A stretch of 64,000 nucleotides of DNA, taken from contig OX597832.1 in NCBI GenBank assembly GCA_951406725.2, forward strand, positions 36,270,001 to 36,334,000. Reading direction: 5' to 3'. The stretch comes from Octopus vulgaris. Its lineage: Eukaryota. The notes below the pieces were generated by a model. It was not told the origin of the DNA and did no database searches. It was given only the letters and a program-made list of their open reading frames with translations. The translations under genes and the position numbers were made by a program. Below, piece after piece: positions 37,470-50,645 of this stretch. Each line of letters starts with the position of its first letter. Position 1 is the stretch's first letter.

Positions 37470-38492
37470 TTGTAGCCATGAATATATTTTATGATTTCAC
37501 TGAGGAATAGTGATATGAATAACCTGTTTTGTGAGTGTATATACATAAATATAAATATGTGTATATATTTATGTATATATGTATGTGTGTGGAAGTGGAG
37601 AGGAGTAAATATTTACATATTTTGAGATGCACAATATGATACCATTATAAAGCAGCTACACATAAACATACACATACATACATTCTCACACACACATATA
37701 TATGCATTTATATATAAACACATGTACATACAAGTGTGTGTGTATCATCATCATCATCATCATCTATATTTATATATACTTCCTGTATATCCCTTACCAT
37801 ATCATCATCTGATATAGTGCCATAAATCTAGCATAACTTCTATCTTTTATACTTTCTCTTCATGCAAGATTTCATCAAAGACATAATAAAGTTGAGTGAA
37901 ATAATTGAAAGAATGCTTTACCAAAAATACGCTCGTAATCTCTACCAAACCTGTTCACTGAACTAATTCACTTAAACATGAAATATAAACAACACTTGAA
38001 TTAAATCTTCAGATTTAAAAGATTACTAAGCTATAAGAAAAAAAAAAACCAATCTGATTTTTGTTTTTTTTTTATTGACCAAATTATTGATTTCTGAAGA
38101 ATTTCAAAAAATTGACTAACAAAACTCTGTGAGAATCTGAGGAAATCTCTTATCTACAAAGGTTCTTGCTTTCTGCTCTTATTTATTTCAAATCTCTGTT
38201 ATTGTTTCAATGTTTCTAGACTTATCTGGAATCTAACTGGGGGATTTACTGACACTAATCACATTTATATATACACCTATTGCACATATTTCTTTTTGAA
38301 ATCATTTGTCTAAGACAAAGGGATAACATCCATAAATTTGTTATGACTTTTCTAGACGGAATTTTTTTTTTATTAACCCTTTTGACTTCGACCTGCCTGA
38401 GACAGATTTCATACTACAAGACAAACTTTCTATTTTTTAGTGATCTAAATTAGAAGTTACCATCAAACCTTCATGTAAATTTATGTTCTAAA

Positions 38493-39110
38493 CCAGGGAT
38501 GGGGAAACTTTTTAGAGCAGTGGGCAAAAATTTCCAAAGAAAAGGGTCTGTGGGCTGATCACAAGTTCTAACTCTTTAATCCGTACAAATCTTGTATATA
38601 TCTATGTATAATTCAATATACATTAATAAAGATAAGTTTAACACATTAAATCAACATGTAACATCTTCTTTAATGCCACCTCTGAATTTAGAACGTTTGT
38701 ATTACTTTTGAGGTGTTCTATTTTTTCAGCTAGGGTGTAATTGGGCCTCAAGGGGGTGGTACAAACCTAGCAATATGTGTTTCATAGAGAAAACAAAATT
38801 TCCATCCAAATGGCAATTACCGGACGATTTTCTGTTCGAGTCTAACCATTCTAAGTCATTGTGGAAATGCGACCTATGAATGTTGTATAGATTTTATAAT
38901 TGAAAAATTTACTTTATTTTGTACATCTGAGTATATCAGCCTGCAGGTGCAATAAAATGTGCTCACAGGTGCAATTGCACCCGCAGGCAGGGTTTCTCAA
39001 CATTTTGACCTTTGAACTCCTTTGATTCTTATTTTTGGTCCCTCATACCCATTCAATGTTTACAAAATCCTGTTGTATCGTTTGTCTTTTATCTTCTGTT
39101 TGTTTCAGTC
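38493..39110 (+). mobile_element. hAT-type MITE fragments
   Basis: TIR-like starts CAGGGATGGGGAAACTTTT (38493) and CAGGGTTTCTCAAC (~38988). A related start CAGGGGATCTCAACC occurs at 51551. Confidence 0.5.
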
Positions 39111-39277
39111 ATTTGACTGGAATAAAATGATTGGGCAAAATGTTTATTCCAGGTCAAAGACAGGGCGACACAGAGAATATGATAATGGAAGAACAGTGGA
39201 TTGTGGTAGAGATAAAGAACACAGGGTTGGGGTAAAGACAGAGCTAATAATCTCAAAATAATAGTGGTGCTGGTGTT

Positions 39278-39397
39278 GGTGCAGGTAGTGGTGCAGGTAG
39301 TGGTGCAGGTAGTGGTGCAGGTAGTGGTGCAGGTAGTGGTGCAGGTAGTGGTGCAGGTAGTGGTGCAGGTAGTGGTGCAGGTAGTGGTGCAGGTAGT
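39278..39397. repeat. Perfect 12-bp minisatellite (GGTGCAGGTAGT)x10
   Basis: Counted directly from the sequence. Confidence 0.97.
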
Positions 39398-40056
39398 GGT
39401 GGTTCCTCACACATTCTCTACAATGATGATGTCTCTTCATAATATAACAGGAAAAACTATTTTCTTTCTCTAATAAAACAATTTATCCAATCCAAACTTA
39501 CAGTATATATTTCTTTCTTACATTAGCACAAGACCCCTAATTTTTTGCATGACATACGTCAATGTAACTGACCCCATTACTTAATTGTATTTTATGTAAT
39601 CCAGTTAAGTATTACTGTATTTTATTATATACAATAACACTGTATTATGTTTTTTATGAATTGCAGAATGAGGAAAAGCGAGCTCAACTTCAATGAAAGT
39701 TGAATTTGGATCTGACAAAATTGTTCACATTTTTTCTGGCATTCTATCAGTTCCAGTATTTTGTGTCTCTCCAGACAAGCTATATTACAAATTCTACAAG
39801 TTAATCTCCACTTTCCTCCTCATTTGGCACAATACCAATTGCATCACCTCATATCCATATCATTGTATACCTATGTGACAATGATCATGTTCTTTCTGCT
39901 AAATTTAATACCAATTTCTTCAAAATCATGATATTGAAACTTTACTTTGGTACAGACAGTCACCAGACATAATTCTATTGATATATTTTTTATATATCTT
40001 TTATACTAAGCTTTAGTTATAGTATATATTTGAGATGAGGATGAATTTGTGACACA

Positions 40057-40276
40057 TCTTTTACTCTTTTACTTGTTTCAGTCATTTGACTGTGGCCATG
40101 CTGGAGCACCACCTTTAGTCGAGCCAATTGACCCCAGGACTTGTTCTTTGTAAGCCTAGTACTTATTCTATTGGTATCTCTTGCCGAACCGCTAAGTTAC
40201 GGGGACATAAACACACCAGCATCAGATGTCAAGCAATGTTGGGGGGGGGGGGGGGCACAGAAACAAACACACACAC

Positions 40277-40317
<41 letters not shown>

Positions 40318-40486
40318 TGTATACGATGGGCTTCTTTCAGTTTCCATCTACCAAATCCACTCACAAGGGTTTGGTTGGCCTGAGGCTATAGTAGAATACA
40401 CTTGCCCAAGGTGTCACGCAGTGGGACTGAGCCAGGAACCATGTGGTTCATAAGCAAGCTACTTACCACACAGCCACTCCTGCACC
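40057..40486 (-). mobile_element. Full-length tRNA-derived SINE, family A
   Basis: Minus strand: ggtgcaggagTGGCTGTGTGGTaag...GGCTCAGTCCC (A/B-box-like), ccttgggcaagtg core, internal (TA)/(GT) microsatellite, and tail ggtggtgctccagcatggccacagtcaaatgactgaaacaagtaaaagagtaaaaga. Confidence 0.93.
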
Positions 40487-41215
40487 TATCTTTAAGTCAA
40501 GCTGAAATGTTGATGGTATGCTTGGATTAAAGCTCAATGTATGACTCATCTTTGAGCCATATTTATGATTTATGTTTAAGTTAAAGATGAATTTATGACA
40601 ATCTTTAAATTACAACTGAATTTATTGACCCTTTATAGACAAAGTATCTTTATTTCTGGCAGTTCAAGGAAAATGATGAGAATTATGACAAGAATTAAAT
40701 TTGACATTATTGAACAATCATACTGAAAATATGATTAAAAGATTCTAAAACTACAAGATAAACAGACCAGAAATATTGACTATTAAATTTTTTTATGAAT
40801 AGATATCAATTCTATTATTATTTAATAAATTTTTCTTATAATAGAGTCAATTTTTCAGTAATTTCTATTTTTATTAATACAATAAATGATTTAATTATAA
40901 TAAAAAAATTTTTATTTGAAAAACTCTAGATTTACGCAAGGTGGCTTATTAGTTTTAGATAAGGTGTAAGTATGCGTTTGTGTGGGAGGAATGATAGTCC
41001 ATCTGGGTGCAGAAACACAAAGATCTTGCTTGATGTCAGGGCATGCAGTCAAACTGCACAGATTGATGTGCAACACAATTAGATGCACAGAATCCTACCC
41101 ATAACAGACAGTTGTAGGATGGGTCAAAACAGCTGTTGCACTGAATAAAGACTAGTGCTAGATCTATCTTCTGTTTCATTCATCAATTATATATATATGT
41201 GTGTGTGTGTGTGTG

Positions 41216-41830
41216 TAGGGTGTCCCAAAATTAAGGCAACCATATTTTCAAAATTTTCCCAAAGCAAAATATTGTTATATTTGAGGTCCAAGTATTGCAA
41301 TGCAATGATAAAGGAAACACAATTATGAAAGTACCACATTTATTCGATCGGGTTGAGATCAGGGCTTCTTGAACGACAAAATGTTCTTCTGAATTCAGTG
41401 TTGTGTCTGTTTGGAGCTGTCGGATCATGCTGAGTCCTGTAGGGGGCTCCAAGATGTGCTTTGAAAATGGTCATTCACCCATGGAAGCAGTTCAGCTTCC
41501 AGAATGTTGCAAATGTATTGCTGGGTGTTCATCTTAACACCCAAAGGCAGAAAAATGAGGGTTGACCTTCCAGTGGCAGTCACAGCCACCCAAACCATAA
41601 CTTTGATGTCAATTTACAAGTCTACACTTGACACAGACAGATACACTTCAAAGTCGTCAGTGATTCTGGTGGTTTACTGTCTGTTCGATGTCAAATTTCT
41701 TTTCATCAGTTAACACCAGGTCAAGCAGTGTGCCATCAGCAATCTCATGCAGGTTAAGATGACATCTCTCCAGTCTCATGACCCTTATAAATTTGCATGA
41801 GCCCATAACAGTGGATCATCTTGTAATGGT
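41216..41830 (-). mobile_element. Tc1/mariner (maT/DD37D-like) transposase remnant with TIR
   Basis: The minus strand reads LVLTDEKKFDIEQTVNHQN, VMVWVAVTATGRSTLIFLPLGVKMNTQQY and RSPDLNPIE. A terminal agggtgtcccaaaa lies at ~41217. Confidence 0.85.
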
Positions 41831-42070
41831 GGGTCCTGAGATCCTCCTTCAGAACTCAATCTATTGATGTTAGGCTTATGTTTGCCATGGTAGGGTTTTT
41901 TAATGTTTAAATATTGTTAACTTACTTTTGTCATAATAATGGTAACATATACTAGTATTGATAGGGGTAAATTTCACAATAAATTATTAATTGGTGTAAA
42001 GTTTATATAGATAGGCGGTTTAATTTGACATGTTTATAAAATAGTTGATGAAGGTTTCTTTGTGTTTAGC

Positions 42071-42121
<51 letters not shown>

Positions 42122-42330
42122 ATTGTATTTTTAGGTGTTTTATTTTATTAAATATTTATGAATTTTAAAAAATTTTCTAATTTTCTCATTTTTAAATTCT
42201 TTTAAATTTTGTAAAAAAATATATTAAGTTATATATATATTATTTTTATTTTTATTCTTATTTTTAATGAAGATATCTTAGAATTTGTAGGATTAAGTTG
42301 GGTCCATTAATAATAATAATAAAAAGAGCA

Positions 42331-42416
42331 AAATAGCCTGAGGATGCACTGGTGGATTTATGTATTAGGTATAGCCTGGTAAAACAAACCACCAGTGCTG
42401 AAACACGTGTAGCGTT
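42331..42416 (+). ncRNA. Type-I hammerhead ribozyme motif with canonical core (Penelope-type)
   Basis: GC CTGAGGA T GCACTGGTGG (33-nt loop) CCACCAGTGC T GAA ACACGTGT A GC: intact CUGAnGA and GAAA, 10-bp perfect stem II, palindromic stem III, GUA triplet. Stem I is weak. Confidence 0.7.
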
Positions 42417-42827
42417 GATTAATATTAGCTTCTTTCCCCACAGACTAATAACAGGTAAGGTATATATATTTTTAAAAAATATGTTTGAATAATTCATAAT
42501 TAATTCTAATGTACTTTATTCTTATTGTATGTTATTGAAGGCTTTAAAATGCTATATATGTGTGTATATATATATATATATTGCAGCCTCTTGCTAGACA
42601 TTTAAATGCAAGGGAGGTAACTATCCCCTCACAACAATAGGCAAAATCACATATTTAAATATGAAATTATGGAATATCAGGAAGAAGATACACAGAGTTC
42701 ACATATCATTTTTTTTTATCCATTACAAAGTTTTTATAATTTCTCGTTGGTGTTAATCATGTATAGCACTATTTCATTCTCTTTAGAAATCTTCAGTACA
42801 ATTTAACCTATAAATTATTAATAATTT

Positions 42828-43355
42828 TGTTATGGTTATTTCTACAGAAATTATAGCCAGCACTGATCTTTTGATACAGCATTTCATATCAAGACATTGG
42901 ATGTAAACAAACAAACAAGATTAGAGACAAAACTGGGTAATGAGTGTAAATGCCATATTTCAGGGATTTTTTTCCCCTTCATAAGCACCCATCTAACCTA
43001 CTCTTACTGCCGAACATATTGCTTACATAACCAGCATATACAGCGGTTTCAAGTTATTGGATTTACCGATTTACATATTAAATGCATTCCTGGGGCTGGT
43101 ATGTAAATATTAATGACTCATAGGCACGTAGTATTTCACTATGCAATCATAATATACTATAAAGTATATTAAATGCTTTTACAAGTCAACATCACGTTCT
43201 ACTGTGTTAGCAGTGTCCTTTACATTACTTTGTTAAGGTTATTTCTACAGAAATTATTGCCAGCACTGATTTTTTTGCTACAATGTTTCATATTGAGATG
43301 TCAGATGTAAACAAAGAATGAGATTGGAGACAAAAATAGGTGAAAATGTATATCA
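42828..43355 (+). repeat. Local direct duplication of ~125 bp (42828-42955 and 43231-43355)
   Basis: tgtta.ggttatttctacagaaattat.gccagcactgat...tttcatat..aga....gatgtaaacaaa...agatt.gagacaaaa occurs in both copies. Confidence 0.9.
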
Positions 43356-43645
43356 GAAATTGAGGCATTACATTAAAATTGAAGATGAAATTTATCAGAG
43401 TGTAGATGAAGCTGATGGAATGATTTCTGTTTTCTTTTTCTTCAGAGAACATTAGTAGTTTCGGAATCAAGAGAAAGAAAGAATGTTCTTCATGCTTATG
43501 TACAAAGTAATAGCTGTTTGCAGAGGAATTCTTCCTTAGAAAAGTATTTTGAAATAGCCAATAGCTTCAAAATCAGCAACAAATGATTTCACAAACCATT
43601 TTCAATATAATGTCCTTCGTGTAGTCAAGCAAACAAACATTCATA

Positions 43646-43684
<39 letters not shown>

Positions 43685-44146
43685 TCAATGGGAGGGAACT
43701 AGCCCTAATTGATAACATTATTCTTTGATAGAATAATAAACAATAATTACGTATCTATAGCATCTTTGTGTAAACAATTATTATATCACTTATTCATCTC
43801 TCTCTCTCTCTCTTCTAACTGTCCTATGACATATTTGATAGAGAAAAACTTTCATGTGACATTCTTGCACTACTACCACATGAGTATGATACATGAATGT
43901 CAACCAAATGAACTTGTACATAAACGGATAACATTCTGAGCTACATTCCTATTTTGCAAACAAGCTATTTTTTGTAACAATGGCAAGAACAGACACAGTT
44001 CACCCCACAGCTCCATACACTATACAGATCTAATGTGAAGATGGTCAAATGTCTTCCTATGTTTTAAAATATGATTAAATTCTAATTAATCCTAATATAT
44101 TCTCTGTGCATTTTCAACTTCATTTCTTCCATTCCTCCATTTGTTT

Positions 44147-44443
44147 GGCATGGCTCAGTGGTTAGAGCGTCGAGCTTACGATCGTGAGGTTGTGAGCTCG
44201 AATCCCGGACCGAGCTGCATGTTGTGTTCTTGAGCAAGACACTTTATTTCATGTTGCTCCAGTTCACTCAGCTTTAGAAATGAGTTGCGACGTCACAGGT
44301 GCCAAGCTGTATCGGTCCCTTTGCATTTCCCTTGGATAACACTGGTAGTGTGGAGAGGGGAGGCCGGTATGCATGGGTGACTCCTGGTCTTCCATAAAAC
44401 AACCTTGCCTGGACTTGTGCCTAGGAGGGTAACTTTCTAGGTG
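44147..44443 (+). mobile_element. tRNA-derived SINE, family D
   Basis: A box TGGCTCAGTGG and B-box-like GAGCTCGAATCCC, followed directly by ttcttgagcaagacacttt and a non-tRNA body. Confidence 0.9.
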
Positions 44444-45796
44444 GAAGAAACCTTCATAAGGGTCTACAGTTGCTTTATTTACTTTAATCAGACCAAATTT
44501 CTGTATCTCAGTTTTCCAACCTGTATATTTGTCTTTTAAATGTCTTTGGAGGTTGAGTGTGAGCTGTTGCACCATTCCCTTGAACGTTGTGTACTTTTAT
44601 GTATTTATTGATATTTGTATCGAGATCTCTAGAATTATGTCTTGAAATGCATTCCTTTAGTAAATATCTATGCATGAATGTGCATGTGTTTGTATGTCTG
44701 CATGAGTTTTATGTCTGTGGCACTGTGTGTGTGTGTGTGTCAGTATGAGTATATGCAAACATGCACATATATGTATGTGTGTATATGTGTGTGCATATGT
44801 GTGTCCTGTTGGCTGGCACATTTCCAACAGTCGACCACATACCGTGTACAGTGAGATGATAAACAACAATTACAGTACTACTGTAGCTAACAATACATAG
44901 GATAGAGTAGGGCGGGATGGGGTGGGTGGGATAAAGGTGGAGATGGGAAGATGAGGGGGGGGAAGCAGAGAGGAATCAATGTGGAACATAAAGATTATGA
45001 TAAAGAAGATAAAGAAGATGAAATGTGAAAGGTGTTGTTAGTGATGACGATGATGATGATGATGCTGCTGCTGCTGCTGCTGATGATGAAAATAGTGGTA
45101 GTAGTGATGTGTGTGTGTGTGTGTGTGTAGTGATGTTGATGACAATGATGCTGAGGGGGTGTTACTACTGATGCATGACACACACCACACACCACCCACA
45201 CACACCCACACACATCCACACAACCATTAAATGCTGTTAATATTCCCAGTGAACCAAATGGGTTTTTAAGTCAATTTCAGCTGTTGACTTTTCTTATAAA
45301 CCCTTCCATTTCTTCTACATCACTCACCATATTGGGAAAGTGATGAGCATCACACAATCTCCTTCCTGTCTTACTTGCTTCATTATTCATTTCTGCTCCG
45401 TTAGCATCGTGCCAACTCAAGAAATCAATATTTGTGGCAATATGAAATGTAGATGTTCAGAAACAAATCTCTTATTTATACGGGCTGGGGGTGGATGGGG
45501 AGGGAGGTAGTGGAGATGGGGGGAGGGCAGGAGGGGAGGAGGAGGAGGACTAAGAGAATATATTAGAGATAGCAGTAACGGGGGGCGGGGGGGAGTGTTA
45601 TGTAGAGAGTACATCATTACATATACATATCTGTGCATCTAACAGGAATAGAGAGTATAGAGAAAGTAGATCAAGACATACAGACATATATATTTATATA
45701 TGTGTGTGTGTAGATATATACATATATATATATATGTATATATGTATGCATGGATAGATATGTATATATGTACACACACACACACACACACATATA

Positions 45797-46135
45797 GGAG
45801 CAGGCATGGCTGTGTGGTTTTGAAGTTTGCTTTCAATCACATGGTTTTGGGTTCAATCCCACTACGCAGCACCTTCGGCAAGTGTCTTCTGTTATAGTCC
45901 TGGGCTAACCAAAGCCTTCTCAGTGGATTTGATCGATGGATACTGAAGAAATCCCATTGTGTGTGTGTGTGTGTTTGTCTTGACAGCATCTCTGTGAAAA
46001 CATGCCTGGCCTTTGGAAAATATTTCTCTCCTCACTTGGTAGAAGGAAGGGCTCTGGCTGTAGAAAATCTGCCTCAAGGAACTCTACCTCTATTAGCTCC
46101 GTGTGTGCATGAAAAAGTGAATGTCAAACCGATGA
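45797..46135 (+). mobile_element. Family A SINE head followed by an RTE-type tail
   Basis: ggagcaggcaTGGCTGTGTGGT...GGTTCAATCCC...ccttcggcaagtgtcttct, then ggaagggctctggctgtagaaaatc...gcatgaaaaagtgaatgtcaaaccgatgatg. Confidence 0.8.
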
Positions 46136-46842
46136 TGTGCGTGTGTGTGTGTGTGTGTGTGTGTATAGCAATGACAATGAGCAAATTGGAGGGAATAATT
46201 AGAGGCCTGTGATTAAAAGGTGTTCTAGCTGTGATGATTCCATCTTTTATTCAGGCACAATAAATCTAGGACTACATTTTCTTATGTATTCTTCTTGTTT
46301 TTGTTGGGTTTCTTTTTGTTTGTTTTTTCCCATTCACTAAGTTCAACTGCTTTGAGGAATGGAGAATTTAATGTTTTGGGTCCTTGATATAAAATGAAGG
46401 ACATACATTGGTGTTGGCTTGGGGTCAGGTAAATTGGAAGGAATTGAAATGAAGGAAGTGGGTGAGTAGGTGAAAAGCCAGGTGAGAAGGATGGAAATCT
46501 GGGATGGGAGATGAATGGAAGCTGGGGAATTAAGTTTAGAGAGAGAGAAAGACAGAACATATGTAACATGTCAGTTTGAAGGAGGAAGTAGTGTAAGAGA
46601 AGGGAAGGGGAAACAAAGACAACACCCAAAAGTAAAAGAGGGAGGAGACAGAAATCAGCCACACCCAGAAATAATTGGAGGAGGAGACAAAGATCAATTA
46701 CTCTTAAAAGTAGAGGGAGGGGAGAGACAAAAACTAACCAGACCCATAAATAAAGGGAGGAGGAACATAGGCTGGAATGTCTTTGATCTTAGGTTCAGGA
46801 CTCATCTAACCTAAATAAGAACACAACTAAAACCATGAATGT

Positions 46843-47046
46843 TGGTTTCAAATTTTGGCACAAGACCAGAAATTTTGGGGGAAGGGTCCAAATCCCAGTG
46901 TTCAACTGGTACTTATTTTATTGACCCTGAAAGGATGAAAGGCAAAGCTGACCTTAGCAGAATTTGAACACGGGACATAAAGACAGATGAAATTCTGCTT
47001 GGTATTTTCCGCAGCATGTTAACGATTTTGCCCACTTGTCACCTTC
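46843..47046 (-). mobile_element. tRNA-derived SINE, family B (further copies at ~47855-48045 +, 51675-51892 -, 54597-54800 -, 55455-55615 +)
   Basis: ggtttcaaattttggcacaag...ggtacttattttattgaccc.gaaaggatgaaaggcaaag..gacct.agcagaatttgaac. Confidence 0.85.
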
Positions 47047-50000
47047 ATGTAAGAACTAATGTCAACTGGGAGGAGTAAACTTATGTCTTTCATCTTTCGC
47101 CCGTTTTAGTTTCTCTTTCTCTCTTTTGCCAAACCCACTAAGTTGCAGGACACAAAGAAACCAATAATGATTGTCAAGGTAGGTGTTGTGTGGAGATAAA
47201 CAGACACACACACATAACAGAGGGATTCCACATAGTTTCCATCTACTAAATTCACTCAAAAGGTAATGGCTGATTCGGTGTTATAGGTGTTTGATATTGT
47301 TCTGGTGTTGAAGAATTTGGAAGGTAGAATCCATAAACCTTTACTCTTGACTTCATAAAACCAGGATATTGGGTAATTAATAAATTATTTTTAAAAAGAG
47401 CCGAAATGTGTTAGACTTTAAGTAGGAGATTAGGGTGTGTCAATGGAAATGTAACATTAGTAATAATCTTTCAGAAATTCTAAATACAGTCCAAGAACAA
47501 AAATGGAAGAGGAATTAAAGTGAAGAAATAAAAGATGGTTAAACATCAATAATGCACATTCTTTAAAGAAATTATTCCTAATTATATGGAGAGTAATTTG
47601 TGAAAGATCTGTAATGAAGTAAACTAATCAGAAGAATTTTTGAGTGGACAATTCTTGGTTAAGATTTAGTCATTTTTTTCTTTTTGTTTTGTAATTAGTG
47701 AGTAGAACCCATGTCAGCATGGAAAACAAATGTTAAAGAATGATGACGATGACGATGACGATGACGATGAGTACAGCAAAATAGCAGAAATGTTTTTGAA
47801 TAATGGCACCAATCACTAAACTAAATGTCTTACAGTATCTGGTTATTGATTAGTGCAGAGTTGTTAGTAGGCTGGGCAAAACGCTTACCAGAATTTCATC
47901 TCTCTTTACATTCAGAGTTTGAATCCTGTCTTTCATCTTTTTGGAGTTGATGAAATAGTACCAGTCAAGTATTGGTGCCAAGTTAATTGAATAACCCCTC
48001 CCCCCACCCTTTTCCAACTTTTCTGGCCGTGTGCCAATAGTAGAAAGGAGTCTTTAGTTATTAACTCCAGGTCAGTCCTGATGCAGCAACAAACTTAATT
48101 AAAGGCCTTCCACCTGTGACCATTCTTATATCCATGTCTATCATTATGAATTGACGATCATTAGAGCAGGTTAGAATGCCTTGTGGTATTTTTTGCAAGT
48201 ATCTGCACTTTGGGATCAAATCCCACTCATGTCATCTTCACTTTTCATTCTTTTAGGATTAATTAAACAAAGCATCAATCAATTTCTTGAGTTATTTATT
48301 CTCTCCCTTGAATTAGTTGCATTGTAATTCCAGAAGGGTCGTTGTGATTCACTCTCTCTGTTCATTTTTCAGATTTAGTGGATGGTTGAGTGAGAGGCCA
48401 ACAATATCTCATACAAAAACTGATATGCTACTGAACACTTTCCGTATTGCCTGCCACAGTAATATACAACATATAACTTTTCATTGCATTTGGAGGATAT
48501 GAGCCAATTTACATTGTTATTTCTTAAAGTGCTGCATCATTTCCAGACTATTATGCAAATCTGTCGTTAAACAGTACAGAGCCCCTGATGATGACACTGT
48601 GTAACACCATTTTTGACCTTGGGCAACAACTGTTATTTCCTATTTGCCGACCTCTAGAAAGTATGAAAAAGTACTATTTCCTTCAGAAATTGATTTCATT
48701 ATGATATTAATTCAAACCTCAAAGAATCCCTCTCAACACATGGCTATGATCCTCCCCCATTACTCCTGCTCATGACCAAAGATGCACATATTGTCAGCTG
48801 CTAAGGGACATGCTCAAGGGGTTAAGGTCAGGCAACCAAGAAGCAGATCTGTGGTACTGAGCAGAATATTTGCTATAACAATATTTCTGACCCAGCAACT
48901 CAGTGTCTGAAATGTAATGGAAAATAGGTCAGTTTCAAAATGTTTCCTTTGATTTCTAAGATAGAAGCAAATAAGAAGTAACACTTAATAACCAAAGACA
49001 AAATAAATAAATAAATAAATAAAAATTTTCGTTACACGATGTAATAGATGCAAATAATAATCTATGGCTTGGGCAGAAGAGCTGTACGTTTCTTAACAGT
49101 TCCCCATAGATGTTCTCTTTTTTTCAGCTTTTTTAGTGGAAGCATTCATGTTTAGTGAAGGTGCATGGCCTCGTGGTTAGGCGTGAGTAAAGTGTTTTGT
49201 TTTTGAGCGAAACACTCCCTTTCATGTTGCTCTTGTACTTGTGAGGACCAGCATGCCAGAGAATAGACCCAATGTTTTCTCTGCATGCTGTGAAGTTGAG
49301 CAGGTAGGATTTGAATACCGACCTTGAAAATCCTCACCAGCAATGATTACCCAACCAGACCCATGGGTTGTAGAGTTGTCACCTGAGTGGTGCAAATGTG
49401 CCATCCACCAGGAGTAGGGGATCACCAACAAATGGTAGAGGCAGTGATGCACTGTTACAGTGCATGCTCCTATACTATTAGCATTCATGTCTGTTGGGAA
49501 GCAGTGTACTCCTATCTGCTACTTTCATTTTCTGTCCTCTGGAATAGGATCAGGTCTGCTATGTGTGCTCTGGATTACTGTTATTGCAATGTTCCACCAA
49601 TATTCCTTATATTTATTGCTGTGAATATGTCCCAGCTGTGGTGTGCTTTGGGTATGACTGTCAGAATAGTACTTTCTGCAAATAACATCCAATCCTTTAC
49701 ACTCATCCAGGAGTCATTGTCCTCACCTTGTCTTTATAATATTTTGACTTCTACATAAGTCATATGTTGTTGCTTTTACAAATTCTGTTTGCAACTTTAC
49801 TTATTTAAGCAGCTGACCTTGAGTAAAGAAAGCATGCCATTGAAGAGGTCATGACTTTGGTAAATACAACTGAGTTATTGATTAACTGAATGGTTAAAGA
49901 AACAATCCATTAGTTAGATAGTTCAATAATTAACTAACAAATAAGGAAGAAAATTTGAACCAGTGTGTGTGTTTATTATTGGCATAATGACCATCTGAGA

Positions 50001-50075
50001 TACTATACAAACAAACAAGCAAAAAAACCCAAAGCAAAGCATTTTAATGAAACAATCCCAGCCTTTGCTAATATA

Positions 50076-50306
50076 TATTTCTTTACTACCCACAAAGGGC
50101 TAAACATAGAGGGGACAAACAAGGACAGACAAATGGATTAAATCGATTACATCGACCCCAGTGCGTAACTGGTACTTAATTTATCGACCCCGAAAGGAGG
50201 AAAGGCAAAGTCGACCTCGGCGGAATTTGAACTCGGAACGTAACGGCAGACGAAATACGGCTATGCATTTCGCCCAGCATGCTAACGATTCTGCTAGCTT
50301 GCCGCC
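50076..50306 (-). mobile_element. Young tRNA-derived SINE, family B, with target-site duplication
   Basis: A CpG-retaining copy flanked by TTTGCTAATATA at 50064-50075 and 50307-50318. B box GAGTTCAAATTCC on the minus strand. Confidence 0.95.
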
Positions 50307-50607
50307 TTTGCTAATATAGTCTAGCAGAGTCCTGGAACCGTAGACATCATGGCAATGTGCTTTTATGACCTTTGTCTAGAATAAACAGATAAATTGGTAC
50401 TTTTAGATCACCATTCTCGATTGACTGACAATATATGTAGCAACTAATGGGTGAAAAGATTATAATTGGCTGACAGACGACTATTCATTTGGTTCACACT
50501 AAAGGAAAGCATGAATTATGAATTTATGAGACTGCAAATTGTTGCTGGTGTGTTTGCTTTGTAGCAGAATCAAATAATGATTTAGCTGTTGTTTTTGTTT
50601 TCGCAAG

Positions 50608-50645
50608 TGACGTCATCATCATATGTTATCTCTATATATATATTT
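50608..50645 (+). promoter_or_regulatory. Candidate CRE (TGACGTCA) plus TATA-like element
   Basis: A perfect CRE palindrome at 50608-50615 in unique sequence, with TATATA from 50633. Motif evidence only. Confidence 0.25.

Noticed and set aside
39251-39442. (Gly-Ala-Gly-Ser)10 silk-fibroin-like reading of the 12-bp minisatellite
   Set aside because: The frame is bounded by stops (TAA at 39248 and 39440), has no ATG or convincing splice sites, and the units show no synonymous variation. It is a simple tandem expansion.
44147-44215. tRNA-like sequence with A and B boxes
   Set aside because: There is no proper acceptor stem and it runs directly into a SINE body also present at 31450. It is a SINE head, not a tRNA gene.
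49300-49770. Several overlapping ORFs, with faint resemblance to a LINE C-terminus on the minus strand
   Set aside because: The motifs are too degraded to assign either a gene or an element class.
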